Shown: piece by piece, positions 50,498 to 58,790 of the stretch | Layout: each line of letters starts with the position of its first letter | Position numbering within the stretch: position 1 is the first letter of the stretch | DNA from: a virus | Taxonomy: Duplodnaviria; Caudoviricetes | DNA: 64,000 nt | Reading direction: 5' to 3' (one strand) | Virus record (IMG/VR): IMGVR_UViG_3300025723_000013 | Notes under the pieces: generated by a model | The model's database searches: none | Told to the model about the DNA's origin: nothing | The model's input: the letters and a program-made list of their open reading frames with translations, nothing else | Made by a program: the position numbers and the translations under genes

Positions 50498-51304
50498 TTA
50501 GGACTCAAATCGATTGCCTAACGGTCCTGCTGGAAAATATCCATCAAACCCCAACAAAGAGAATACAGGTTTGGCAGGTACCGTTCCTGTAAACTGGATA
50601 TAGGTGCCCGTATTTGGGTAGGATACTGTTATTACCGTGCTGGCCGGAATGGACGTTAGAGTTGGATTGCTGATTCCAAGTGCATATCCATTAAATTGAT
50701 TGGTAAATGTAAACGAAACACTGGTAACAGTTGTGCCCGGCTGTATTCCAACTCCGCTAACGGGTCTCCAATATCCTGATTCTCCGGCGTCTATATTTGT
50801 TATCGTGTTAAGATAGATTGTGGTTACATTACTGGACGTGGAAACTGATAAAGATGCAGTAGAGGCAGATGGATTGGTTATTAGCGAGTAATTTGTGTTA
50901 GGCACTTGATAGACATTGTCAACAAAAACTAATACATTTTGTGGTTTACTGGTGCTGATATTGTAAGCCAATGGTCCAAACACAGTGTCATTATAATTGC
51001 CATATCCTAAATTTTGAGCAGTGATGGTGGCTTGTCTCACAGTCCTAATAATTTCCCATGGAGTAACACTTGCTCCTGAATTATAAATTGCGGGATTATA
51101 AACTTCAAACTCGTTTAATGTTGTGTTATATCGCACAGTGCCTGTGGTCAAAACTGCAGGAAGGGTCACACGTTGCGCAGTGTTTCCGGAAGGTAATTGC
51201 AAAGTGGCAGCACTGTTTGTGACAATCCTACCATCAGGATAGACTGAAAATTTATCGTCTACCGGATCTTTACTATATAATGATAATTTTTTAAGGTATC
51301 TCAT
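50498..51304 (-). CDS. Hypothetical structural protein
   Basis: 268 aa; LPSGNTAQR..GTVRYNTTLNEFEVY; VLVFVDNVYQVP. Confidence 0.7.
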   Translation of the reverse strand: MRYLKKLSLYSKDPVDDKFSVYPDGRIVTNSAATLQLPSGNTAQRVTLPAVLTTGTVRYNTTLNEFEVYNPAIYNSGASVTPWEIIRTVRQATITAQNLGYGNYNDTVFGPLAYNISTSKPQNVLVFVDNVYQVPNTNYSLITNPSASTASLSVSTSSNVTTIYLNTITNIDAGESGYWRPVSGVGIQPGTTVTSVSFTFTNQFNGYALGISNPTLTSIPASTVITVSYPNTGTYIQFTGTVPAKPVFSLLGFDGYFPAGPLGNRFES

Positions 51305-51615
51305 GATGTCTGTACATAGCTAACCAGAGCAGTAACAACGCCAGAAACAAGAGAGGTAGCCCAAATCTGATCACCATTTTCTAAAATTATTTTTTCAGCA
51401 TCAAAAACAAAAGTCTCAGTTGCCGGAAGTGGTAACGCATTGATAATTATTGTGCCGGTTCCAGGTGGAAGGCCTGCCGGTACAGCATAAACATTAACGC
51501 TAGTGCTGGTATTGGCCGAATTATTACAAAAAAACATCGTGGTTATCGCGTTTTGTGACCCGGATAGAAATACCGAGGTCAGTGTTGAATTTATTATAGT
51601 GGCTGTAATGGACAT
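51301..51615 (-). CDS. Small beta-rich structural protein
   Basis: 104 aa; ITTMFFCN..EKIILENGDQIWA; probable paralog of 42299-42685. Confidence 0.65.
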   Translation of the reverse strand: MSITATIINSTLTSVFLSGSQNAITTMFFCNNSANTSTSVNVYAVPAGLPPGTGTIIINALPLPATETFVFDAEKIILENGDQIWATSLVSGVVTALVSYVQTS

Positions 51616-51625
51616 TGTTTATACC

Positions 51626-52639
51626 TTAAAATATTATACCATAGATAATGGCTTTTCTACGGCTGACTAATTCGTCTGATCTATTTGTATTTACAAAAAA
51701 TAATCCCGTGCCCCCACCTGATGCGGGTTCTTTGTAATAAATCGCGGTTTGATTAGCCACTGCTGGAATAATTGTGGCAGTTGATTGCCTTTGTAATATT
51801 AAAGGAGAACTCACTAACACTGAACTGTTTGTTGGAGGTTGCAAAATGAGATTTGTAACTGTATTGCTAAAGGTACTAAGAGATATAACATTGTTGTTAA
51901 CAGCTATACCTTGTATAATTGCGCTGTTACCCGACAATTGAAATACTATATTGGTAGCAGAGCCTAATGCAGCAGTAATTGAACTGATAGGTCCATAAAA
52001 TTGATCATTAGAAGGAACCGATGGATCATTTATCTGGATAAAAGAGTTACCAACCTGCAGTTTTTTAGCAAAAGTTGTACCTGTATACAGCCTATTATCA
52101 ACATATGCTTTGTTAGGAATATGATCAGGATCAATCACCTGTCTTTCATAATGGCTTGTGCCCTTTACGCTCAAAATTCCAAATTGATTTTCAGCTCCAA
52201 GAAAATTTATTTCTTGTAGAGTACTGTTTGATCTAATAGCGCTTACCGCTATTGCCGACCCTGTACTAGCCGCGGAAAATTGCCATACACCTCTGAAACT
52301 AGTTCCTGAGCTGTTTGTCCAGCCGTTGTTACCATTGTATCCGTCATTGTAATACATTGTTGCAGCATTTGTAAGATCGCTATTGCTTCCACGATCAATG
52401 GCAATACCACTAGTTCCTAAAGTGACATAGGGATTTATCTCGCCGGCATTCAATACTATGATGTTGTCATTAATTAAAGAATTAACACTTTCAATTTGAC
52501 TTGTTTGACCAATCACATCCAAATTGCCCAAAATACGCACAGTTCCAGTCGTAGGACCGGTAACATCAAAAATGATATTTCCGTTATTGTTAGCGGCTAT
52601 GCGGTAGTCGCCTGATACTCTTAAAACGTCAGTGGGCAT
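51626..52639 (-). CDS. Hypothetical structural (baseplate/fibre-associated) protein
   Basis: 337 aa; LGNLDVIGQTSQIES..INDNIIVLNAGE; DELVSRRKAIIYGIIF end; TAAATA 52657-52662. Confidence 0.7.
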   Translation of the reverse strand: MPTDVLRVSGDYRIAANNNGNIIFDVTGPTTGTVRILGNLDVIGQTSQIESVNSLINDNIIVLNAGEINPYVTLGTSGIAIDRGSNSDLTNAATMYYNDGYNGNNGWTNSSGTSFRGVWQFSAASTGSAIAVSAIRSNSTLQEINFLGAENQFGILSVKGTSHYERQVIDPDHIPNKAYVDNRLYTGTTFAKKLQVGNSFIQINDPSVPSNDQFYGPISSITAALGSATNIVFQLSGNSAIIQGIAVNNNVISLSTFSNTVTNLILQPPTNSSVLVSSPLILQRQSTATIIPAVANQTAIYYKEPASGGGTGLFFVNTNRSDELVSRRKAIIYGIIF

Positions 52640-52667
52640 TTAGATTTCCTTTAATGTATTTATTTTA

Positions 52668-53186
52668 TTACCATACTCTTATGACGAAGTAGTTAATTCG
52701 AGGAGCTACATTGTGCGGCCACGAAGGATGACTTTGAAATCTTAAAGTTGCCCCAAAACTAGGGTCTGATATTATGGTCGGAGTGAGTGTGGTTCCCCAA
52801 AAAACTCCTTCCCCGCCGTAATTTTTTATGATACTGAGATCGTCGCTGGCTAGATTTTCTCCAAGCGGCTGTCCGAGATACTGTAATTGTATCACATCAT
52901 CTGTGATCCTAGCGCCTCGATCAATGCCCAGCATGGCTTCTAGTCCTGATATAGTGGGCGGTAACGATGCTATGGCAAAGTTTGTTAGAGATAGATAGTA
53001 GGTTTTTTGTTTGACATCATTAACATATGTATTGGCAATATGGGCCAACGGTTTAACAGTAGAAACAAACGTATTGGTCTGATTCCGTAAATTGTAAAAA
53101 TTACTGCCGTCATCTACCCATGCGATATGTTGTGCAACTTCGCAATATTGACTTACAGCGTTAGGATATAACCAATTGGTAGGCAT
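52668..53186 (-). CDS. Hypothetical protein
   Basis: 172-aa ORF; TAAATA-GTCGT-ATG. Confidence 0.7.
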   Translation of the reverse strand: MPTNWLYPNAVSQYCEVAQHIAWVDDGSNFYNLRNQTNTFVSTVKPLAHIANTYVNDVKQKTYYLSLTNFAIASLPPTISGLEAMLGIDRGARITDDVIQLQYLGQPLGENLASDDLSIIKNYGGEGVFWGTTLTPTIISDPSFGATLRFQSHPSWPHNVAPRINYFVIRVW

Positions 53187-53205
53187 ACGACTATTTAACT
53201 AAAAT

Positions 53206-53233
53206 AGAAAAAGGCTCCAAAGAGCCTTTTTCT
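53206..53233. terminator. Bidirectional intrinsic terminator
   Basis: AGAAAAAGGCTC-CAAA-GAGCCTTTTTCT. Confidence 0.85.
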
Positions 53234-53255
53234 CATTTTCCAAACAGAGATCTAA

Positions 53256-53951
53256 TTAATAGGTTGTGATACCTACAATAGTTCCTGTTGCAGTTCCGGT
53301 AGTCCAGGCAGTTAAAACACCATTTCCTACCAAGAATCCAGACCCAGTTGAAGTGCTTTGATACACCAATGCTTTTCTAGAAGTTAATTTTTTGATCCAA
53401 TAAGTGCTACCATTGAAATCTACAGCGGATAAATTCATCTGTCCTGCAGTCAAAAATGAAGTACCAGTTGCTGCTAGTACGCAACGACCAAATCCATCAG
53501 ACGTTTGCACAAAATATGCGCGACTGGATATTTGTTGCAAAATATCTGCAGTCGATGCTGTTGTTCCGCCAGTAATGAACGCACTAGGCTTAAATGTTCC
53601 TGAAGGTCCGGCTGGAGGAGCAGTCATGTTAATCAAGAAAGTGGCTCCTGTTCCTGTTCCCACGTTTGCTAAACTGATACTGGGTGGAGATTCGTACCCA
53701 GAACCTGCTGTAACTACTGTAATTGTGGAAATTGTTCCAATAGCACTCACGGTTGCTGTGGCCACTGCCTGTACTCCTATAGGAGCAGGCACCTGCGGAG
53801 CTGATAATACAACTGTGACTCCAGTTGTTGTGGAATAGTTTGTACCAGAGGTTTTTACCGTGATACTGCTTACCCCTGCTACGATAGACGATGGTGGCGA
53901 ATCTGTGCCTGTGCTGCTAAAAAAAAACTTTTTCTTGATCGGACGTCCCAT
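53256..53951 (-). CDS. Hypothetical structural protein
   Basis: 231 aa; MGRPIKKKFF start; V.SITV..SG.NY..GSGY..PP.I repeat type common in T4-like structural proteins; AAGGAG SD. Confidence 0.7.
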   Translation of the reverse strand: MGRPIKKKFFFSSTGTDSPPSSIVAGVSSITVKTSGTNYSTTTGVTVVLSAPQVPAPIGVQAVATATVSAIGTISTITVVTAGSGYESPPSISLANVGTGTGATFLINMTAPPAGPSGTFKPSAFITGGTTASTADILQQISSRAYFVQTSDGFGRCVLAATGTSFLTAGQMNLSAVDFNGSTYWIKKLTSRKALVYQSTSTGSGFLVGNGVLTAWTTGTATGTIVGITTY

Positions 53952-53969
53952 TTTTTTCTCCTTGTTTAT

Positions 53970-54038
53970 GGCAGTTTTATTGCCTACGCAGTGGGTGCAT
54001 AAATCCCCAAAGATATTCCAGGGACAGTGTTATTTATA
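53970..54038 (-). promoter_or_regulatory. TATAAATA late promoter with three-hairpin leader
   Basis: Promoter 54031-54038; hairpins 54004-54024, 53985-54001, 53970-53984. Confidence 0.6.
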
Positions 54039-54047
54039 TAAAATTCT

Positions 54048-54233
54048 TTATCTTCCATGTCCTTTAATCTTGCAACCCTTTTGAAAACTGGCATTGGAAG
54101 TGGGCGGGCATTGATTGGGATTGCGAATATTCTTGCGTGTGGCCCAGGCATATCCTGCTTGATGTCCTGAGCAGTCTTTGGTGCATTTGGAACCTTTAAA
54201 GTCTAATTCTGTTATGATTTCATGTATACGCAT
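54048..54233 (-). CDS. Small Cys-rich protein (61 aa)
   Basis: MRIHEIITE..CTKDCSGHQAGYAWA..C..SFQKGC; own TAAATA 4 nt upstream. Confidence 0.65.
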   Translation of the reverse strand: MRIHEIITELDFKGSKCTKDCSGHQAGYAWATRKNIRNPNQCPPTSNASFQKGCKIKGHGR

Positions 54234-54258
54234 CGGGTATTTATTTTATTCTCTCAAC

Positions 54259-54283
54259 AAAAAGCCCGCACTGGGCGGGCTTT
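54259..54283 (-). terminator. Intrinsic terminator after major capsid gene
   Basis: AAAGCCCGC-ACTGG-GCGGGCTTT with T-run on minus strand. Confidence 0.85.
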
Positions 54284-54309
54284 CTGTGTAATCAACAAAT
54301 AAGTAAAAC

Positions 54310-55491
54310 TTACTTGTAGCTTACTGTAGCGCTGTTGATCGCCACTTTGGACAAGTAATCAGCTGCATTGCCTAGTGACGATGCAGTATTTGACAACTCA
54401 ACATAACCGTAACGGGTTAGGAAGCCAACTACTGGTTCAAAGGTGCTTGGATCTAGTACAACACCGGAGCTCATTAGAGGAATATATGGGCAATAGAAAG
54501 CAGGTGCGTCTGCTTCGCTTGAACCCTTATAACCAATTAGAACCTGGTTGTTGTTGTCTGTATCAACCTTGTAGGCATCAACATAAACTTTCATCGCGCC
54601 ATTTAATGTACCAACAAACTTGGTGTTTGTTGGAGCTTCAAATGTGCCTTCGGTTGTTCTTGCGAACGCAGAAGTTGTTGCGCTCTGGAGGATTGTTAGA
54701 GCCTGGTTTGAAACCACAGCCCAGTTGCCTGCGCCACGACGTGTACGCTGTGCAATTAGGTTGCTGACACGGTTGATCTGGATAGCTAGTGCAGCATGTT
54801 CGTCACCGACGAATGTGGCTGTACCAGAAACTAGAGCCTGGTCATATGTTTCATCAACTGAGGCCAAACCACGTAGCGAAGCTAGGATTTCCTGGTCGAT
54901 TTCAACCGTGATTTCCTGGGCTAGTGCTGCCATGATTTCTGCTTCGATGTCAATTCCCTGCTGAGCCTGTGCATCCTGTGCAGCCTCAAAAGTCCAACGA
55001 GCTGATAGCTTGCGTGACTTGGCTTCTACTGGAGCCTTGAGGATCTGGATGCTCATTCTCTTACCTGGCTGACCTTCTAACTGGCTGGTTGAAGCGGCTT
55101 TTGGAATCGCGTCAACGTTGTTACCAGAGTAGGCAGCAGCAATCTTGAACGGGCTTAGTGCTTCTTCACCGGCTACTACTGCACCGTCGCCGCTGCTGTC
55201 AGCATAACGAACACGTAGAGTATGGATTTGACCAACAGGGCCAGTCATTGGCTGTACGCCGATGATTTCGTTGGCAATAACTGTGGGCATCACACGTCTG
55301 ATAACTGGTAGAATTACACGGTTAAGTGTTGCTACGTTACCACTGCTGGTTGCACCTGCTGTTGCAGCTTCTGCCAAGTAACGACGAGTGTTTTCTAAGC
55401 AAACCTGCATAGAAGAACGACGATTACCTGATAGGCCTTCAAGCAGAGCTTCCTTTGTCTCGGACCATCTTTCATTTAATAACTGTGACAT
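54310..55491 (-). CDS. gp23: Major capsid protein
   Basis: LPVIRRVMP..IIGVQPMTGPVG, VEAKSRKLSARWTFEAAQD, EIDQEI, FYCPYIPL, TRYG. Confidence 0.97.
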   Translation of the reverse strand: MSQLLNERWSETKEALLEGLSGNRRSSMQVCLENTRRYLAEAATAGATSSGNVATLNRVILPVIRRVMPTVIANEIIGVQPMTGPVGQIHTLRVRYADSSGDGAVVAGEEALSPFKIAAAYSGNNVDAIPKAASTSQLEGQPGKRMSIQILKAPVEAKSRKLSARWTFEAAQDAQAQQGIDIEAEIMAALAQEITVEIDQEILASLRGLASVDETYDQALVSGTATFVGDEHAALAIQINRVSNLIAQRTRRGAGNWAVVSNQALTILQSATTSAFARTTEGTFEAPTNTKFVGTLNGAMKVYVDAYKVDTDNNNQVLIGYKGSSEADAPAFYCPYIPLMSSGVVLDPSTFEPVVGFLTRYGYVELSNTASSLGNAADYLSKVAINSATVSYK

Positions 55492-55512
55492 TTATGTCTC
55501 CTTGAATATAAG

Positions 55513-56607
55513 TTATTTTAGACCCGCTAACTTGCGGATATCTAAGATATTATCTAAGCCTACCTGTGGCTGTGCTTTAACTTCACGATTGCCGGTCACG
55601 GCAGTCGATTCGGTTAAAGTAGCTTTCGCTGCTTTCTTTCGCTCGCCTTCCATTACTGCGGGTAGGTATTTGTCAAATGCGGAAGCCAATTTGGAAGTTT
55701 CTACACTTTCTAACAAGCTGCGCATCATTTCTCTTTTGTCAGCACCTAACGGAGCTAACATTTCGCCCATAAGCGCTTTGCGTTCTGCTAGATCGTTGGC
55801 TACGCGGATTTCGCGGTCCTTGGATTCAACAATACGCTGCTTCTTCTCTAGGGCTTTCTTTGTTTCAGTAATTTCCATATCTTTCTTAGCAAGGACCTTT
55901 AACAATTTACTTGTTTCAGATTTCTCATTGAGATAAGATGAGGAATATTCCTGAGCAAATGCTTCAAATAAGCGACGACCAAAATCGTTGGTACGTGCAC
56001 TGTCAATATCTTCTTTCAATTGCTTGATTTCAGAAGTCAACTGTTTTGCCACTGTAGATTCAACCACTCTAGCTCCGCGCTTAATAAACTTTGTTTTTAT
56101 ATCTTCAAATTTTGCCTTGGCTTCTCTGACCAGCTTGACTCTAGCTTCTGCTAGCTCCTGCTTGTCTTGAGCAAATTCTGTGATTTCTTTTGCCAATGCA
56201 TGAACAACAAACTGTTCCAATTTGGCAAAATTTTCAGAAACTTTCTTGCGATCGTTCTGGAATTCTACCAATTCCTTACCCAGCTGATCCGTGATAAATG
56301 ATTCTAAAATCTTAGCATCACCCTTCATTTTCTTCTGATATTCCACACGAGCCTCGGCTAGTGTTTTTTTATCTTCAGCGAATTCAGCCATTTCTGCGGC
56401 CAATCTCTCGCTCAACATGCGATCAATTGCTTCAACCATAACACCTTTATCATGCGTGTATTTTTGAGCAAATTCTTCGCGTAGTTCAGCGGTGATTTGA
56501 TCGCGATTCTCTTGAATCCTAGCGGCAAATGCAGCTTCAACTACTGACTTCGTTTCTTCTGTCATCACGCCAGACTCTACCAAATGTTTGAATGCGTCCA
56601 ACATCAC
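55513..56607 (-). CDS. gp22: Prohead core scaffold protein
   Basis: 364-aa coiled coil between protease and capsid; FGRRLFEAFAQEY; C-terminal IRKLAGLK. Confidence 0.8.
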   Translation of the reverse strand: MMLDAFKHLVESGVMTEETKSVVEAAFAARIQENRDQITAELREEFAQKYTHDKGVMVEAIDRMLSERLAAEMAEFAEDKKTLAEARVEYQKKMKGDAKILESFITDQLGKELVEFQNDRKKVSENFAKLEQFVVHALAKEITEFAQDKQELAEARVKLVREAKAKFEDIKTKFIKRGARVVESTVAKQLTSEIKQLKEDIDSARTNDFGRRLFEAFAQEYSSSYLNEKSETSKLLKVLAKKDMEITETKKALEKKQRIVESKDREIRVANDLAERKALMGEMLAPLGADKREMMRSLLESVETSKLASAFDKYLPAVMEGERKKAAKATLTESTAVTGNREVKAQPQVGLDNILDIRKLAGLK

Positions 56608-56621
56608 TGTCTCCTATACGG

Positions 56622-57257
56622 TTATTTCAAACCGCTAATTAATTTCAGCATCGCCTCTCGGAGATACTGCTGTTTTTTTGGATCTTCTTTGACTTCTTGC
56701 GCCGTCCTAATCGCTTTATAACCGCCTCGACTGTTCATCAAGTGTTCATAAACCGGAGTAGGATAAGCTCCTGGCGCCGAAGGTTGGGCAACAATATCAA
56801 CTGTTATGATTTCAAAATCGGCCACTTCGCCAGAGCGATCGTCAACGTTGCCGCTGCCTCTGCTGCTGACTCCAAGTTTCACTCCGCTTTCAAGCATCGT
56901 ACGAATCAAGTTGCCCATCGGAGTGGGAAGAATTTTCATCTTCCCATATCCATTAGGACCGTCCATCCACATGTCTGTAATCATGTGGCTAACACGGTCC
57001 AAATTTACTTTTAGGTCATCAGGATGATCAACTTCGCCTAGCACTGAATATCCATTTTGTATCTGATCATTTAGAGTTTTGACAGCATTGGTAATTTCGT
57101 TAACCGGATAAACCCGCTGATTAGCGTTACGAATACCACCTTGGATAGCTATACCTTTAAGATAAAGATTTTTGCTACCTCTCTCTTCAGACTCGTATAT
57201 TTCCACACGAGCTTGATCAAAACTGAGATTTTCTCTTAGATAGGCTAGTTGTTTCAT
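56622..57257 (-). CDS. gp21: Prohead core protease
   Basis: NANQRVYP, LGEVDHP, VSHMI, LGVSSRGSG, DIVAQPSAP.AYP. Confidence 0.93.
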   Translation of the reverse strand: MKQLAYLRENLSFDQARVEIYESEERGSKNLYLKGIAIQGGIRNANQRVYPVNEITNAVKTLNDQIQNGYSVLGEVDHPDDLKVNLDRVSHMITDMWMDGPNGYGKMKILPTPMGNLIRTMLESGVKLGVSSRGSGNVDDRSGEVADFEIITVDIVAQPSAPGAYPTPVYEHLMNSRGGYKAIRTAQEVKEDPKKQQYLREAMLKLISGLK

Positions 57258-57266
57258 CTCAATTCC

Positions 57267-58397
57267 TTAGCGCTTGGGCAGAACGTCTTTGTCATTGACG
57301 CTCATTTCCTTGTTAGTACGCTTGGCATTGTGTACATAGCCTTTGGTTTCTTTGCCATCAACGTTTTGATCAACTTTATCGGTAAATTTCTTACCGCTGT
57401 CCTTGACTAAACCGGCAGCTTTTCCACGTGGAGTAGTACCGTCCTGATCTAGATCTGCGCCGTTGTCGGTAGCAATGTTTCTTGGGCTAGCCTTTCCGCC
57501 ATCTGGACGACCTTTAAAATCAGTGTTGATAGCGCTCTTCTTAAAAACGCCGCCTTCTTCATTTGGACTTCCTGAAGAATAATTGCTTTGTTTTCCGCGG
57601 ACTAGTTCGCGATATTCGCGCACAAAAGACTCGTCAAAATCTTCCTCTTCTTCATCGTCCTCTTCTTCACTATCTTCTTCCTCTTCTTCATCGTCCTCTT
57701 CTTCTTCGCCGTGCATGTCGTTTAGAATCTTGCTCATTTCAGATTCTAGATTCTTGACCATATCTTTAAGATCTAGCACGTCATTGTGTAGTTCATCGTG
57801 TGCATCGCTGTCCATTTCATGTTCGTCGTCCATTTCATGTTCGTCGTCCATTTCTTCGCCGGCATCGTGCATGGCATCATGATCTTCTACAGAATCGAGA
57901 AATTCATCGGATTCGTCGCCGCCCAGTTCATGCTCTGAATCATTACCGATTTCAAACATGCTTTCTTCTTCATCCATCATGGACTCATCTTCCATTTCTT
58001 CGGGTAAGCGTCCTGTTGGTCCGCCCATGTCGTAGTGTTTTTTCAAGTGCTCGGGATATGGCTCGCCGCTGGCAGTGGTTCCGGTACGCATGGCTTTGTA
58101 TTCGTCACCGTATTTGGCTATTGCATCTGCACGTCTATTGGCCAATTTATCCTTGGATGGATTGGATCGACCGCCTTTCTCGGCGTCATCGTCATAGTGG
58201 TACATCTCATCCATTTCTTCCTCGTCATCTTCTTCACGAGCTTCATCCATTTCTTCGTCATCCATTTCTTCTTCGGCAATTAAATTTTCGTAGATCGATC
58301 TAGATTTTTCAACGATAATTTCATGAAACAGTTCATTGGCTTTGTCTGTTTCCTCGTTAACTAGATAATCTAATAGTTTTTCAAACTTTTTAGACAT
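57267..58397 (-). CDS. Highly acidic prohead core/internal protein
   Basis: 376 aa; ANELFHEIIVEKSRSIYENL then long D/E tracts; TAAATA 58446-58451 and AAGGAG SD. Confidence 0.7.
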   Translation of the reverse strand: MSKKFEKLLDYLVNEETDKANELFHEIIVEKSRSIYENLIAEEEMDDEEMDEAREEDDEEEMDEMYHYDDDAEKGGRSNPSKDKLANRRADAIAKYGDEYKAMRTGTTASGEPYPEHLKKHYDMGGPTGRLPEEMEDESMMDEEESMFEIGNDSEHELGGDESDEFLDSVEDHDAMHDAGEEMDDEHEMDDEHEMDSDAHDELHNDVLDLKDMVKNLESEMSKILNDMHGEEEEDDEEEEEDSEEEDDEEEEDFDESFVREYRELVRGKQSNYSSGSPNEEGGVFKKSAINTDFKGRPDGGKASPRNIATDNGADLDQDGTTPRGKAAGLVKDSGKKFTDKVDQNVDGKETKGYVHNAKRTNKEMSVNDKDVLPKR

Positions 58398-58526
58398 TGC
58401 GGGTTCTCCTTTTTTAAATTTAACACTGGCAAGGCTGTCAGCTAATATTTACAACCATTGTAGAATACTTATACAAAATGGGTGAAAAACACGCCGTTTT
58501 AATCTGTGAGCAGGAAACAGTGGTTT

Positions 58527-58772
58527 TTAGATACCAGGAGCAGGTTCTTTAGGTAGTGAATACATTTTTTTAACCAATTGTGATTCTTCTTTTTGCTCTC
58601 TTTCGCGAGCATCGCCGGCCTTGCGTAGTTCATTCAACATGCCCAGTGTGAGTCGGCTTTTTCGTAGATCCGTGGACTTGATCACACTGCTGTCGTGTTT
58701 GGGTTCGTAACGACCTTTGTCCCGCATTTCGTTTTCTTCGGGATTGAAATAAATGAATTCTCTAAGTAGCAT
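58527..58772 (-). CDS. Small hypothetical protein
   Basis: 81 aa; RKSRLTL..LNELRK..VKKMY; TATAAATA-AGTGT-ATG. Confidence 0.7.
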   Translation of the reverse strand: MLLREFIYFNPEENEMRDKGRYEPKHDSSVIKSTDLRKSRLTLGMLNELRKAGDAREREQKEESQLVKKMYSLPKEPAPGI

Positions 58773-58790
58773 ACACTTATTTATAAGTTT

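Noticed and set aside
54375-58303. Plus-strand ORFs opposite capsid, scaffold, protease and acidic protein, including poly-Ser ORF
   Set aside because: Antisense shadows of well-supported genes
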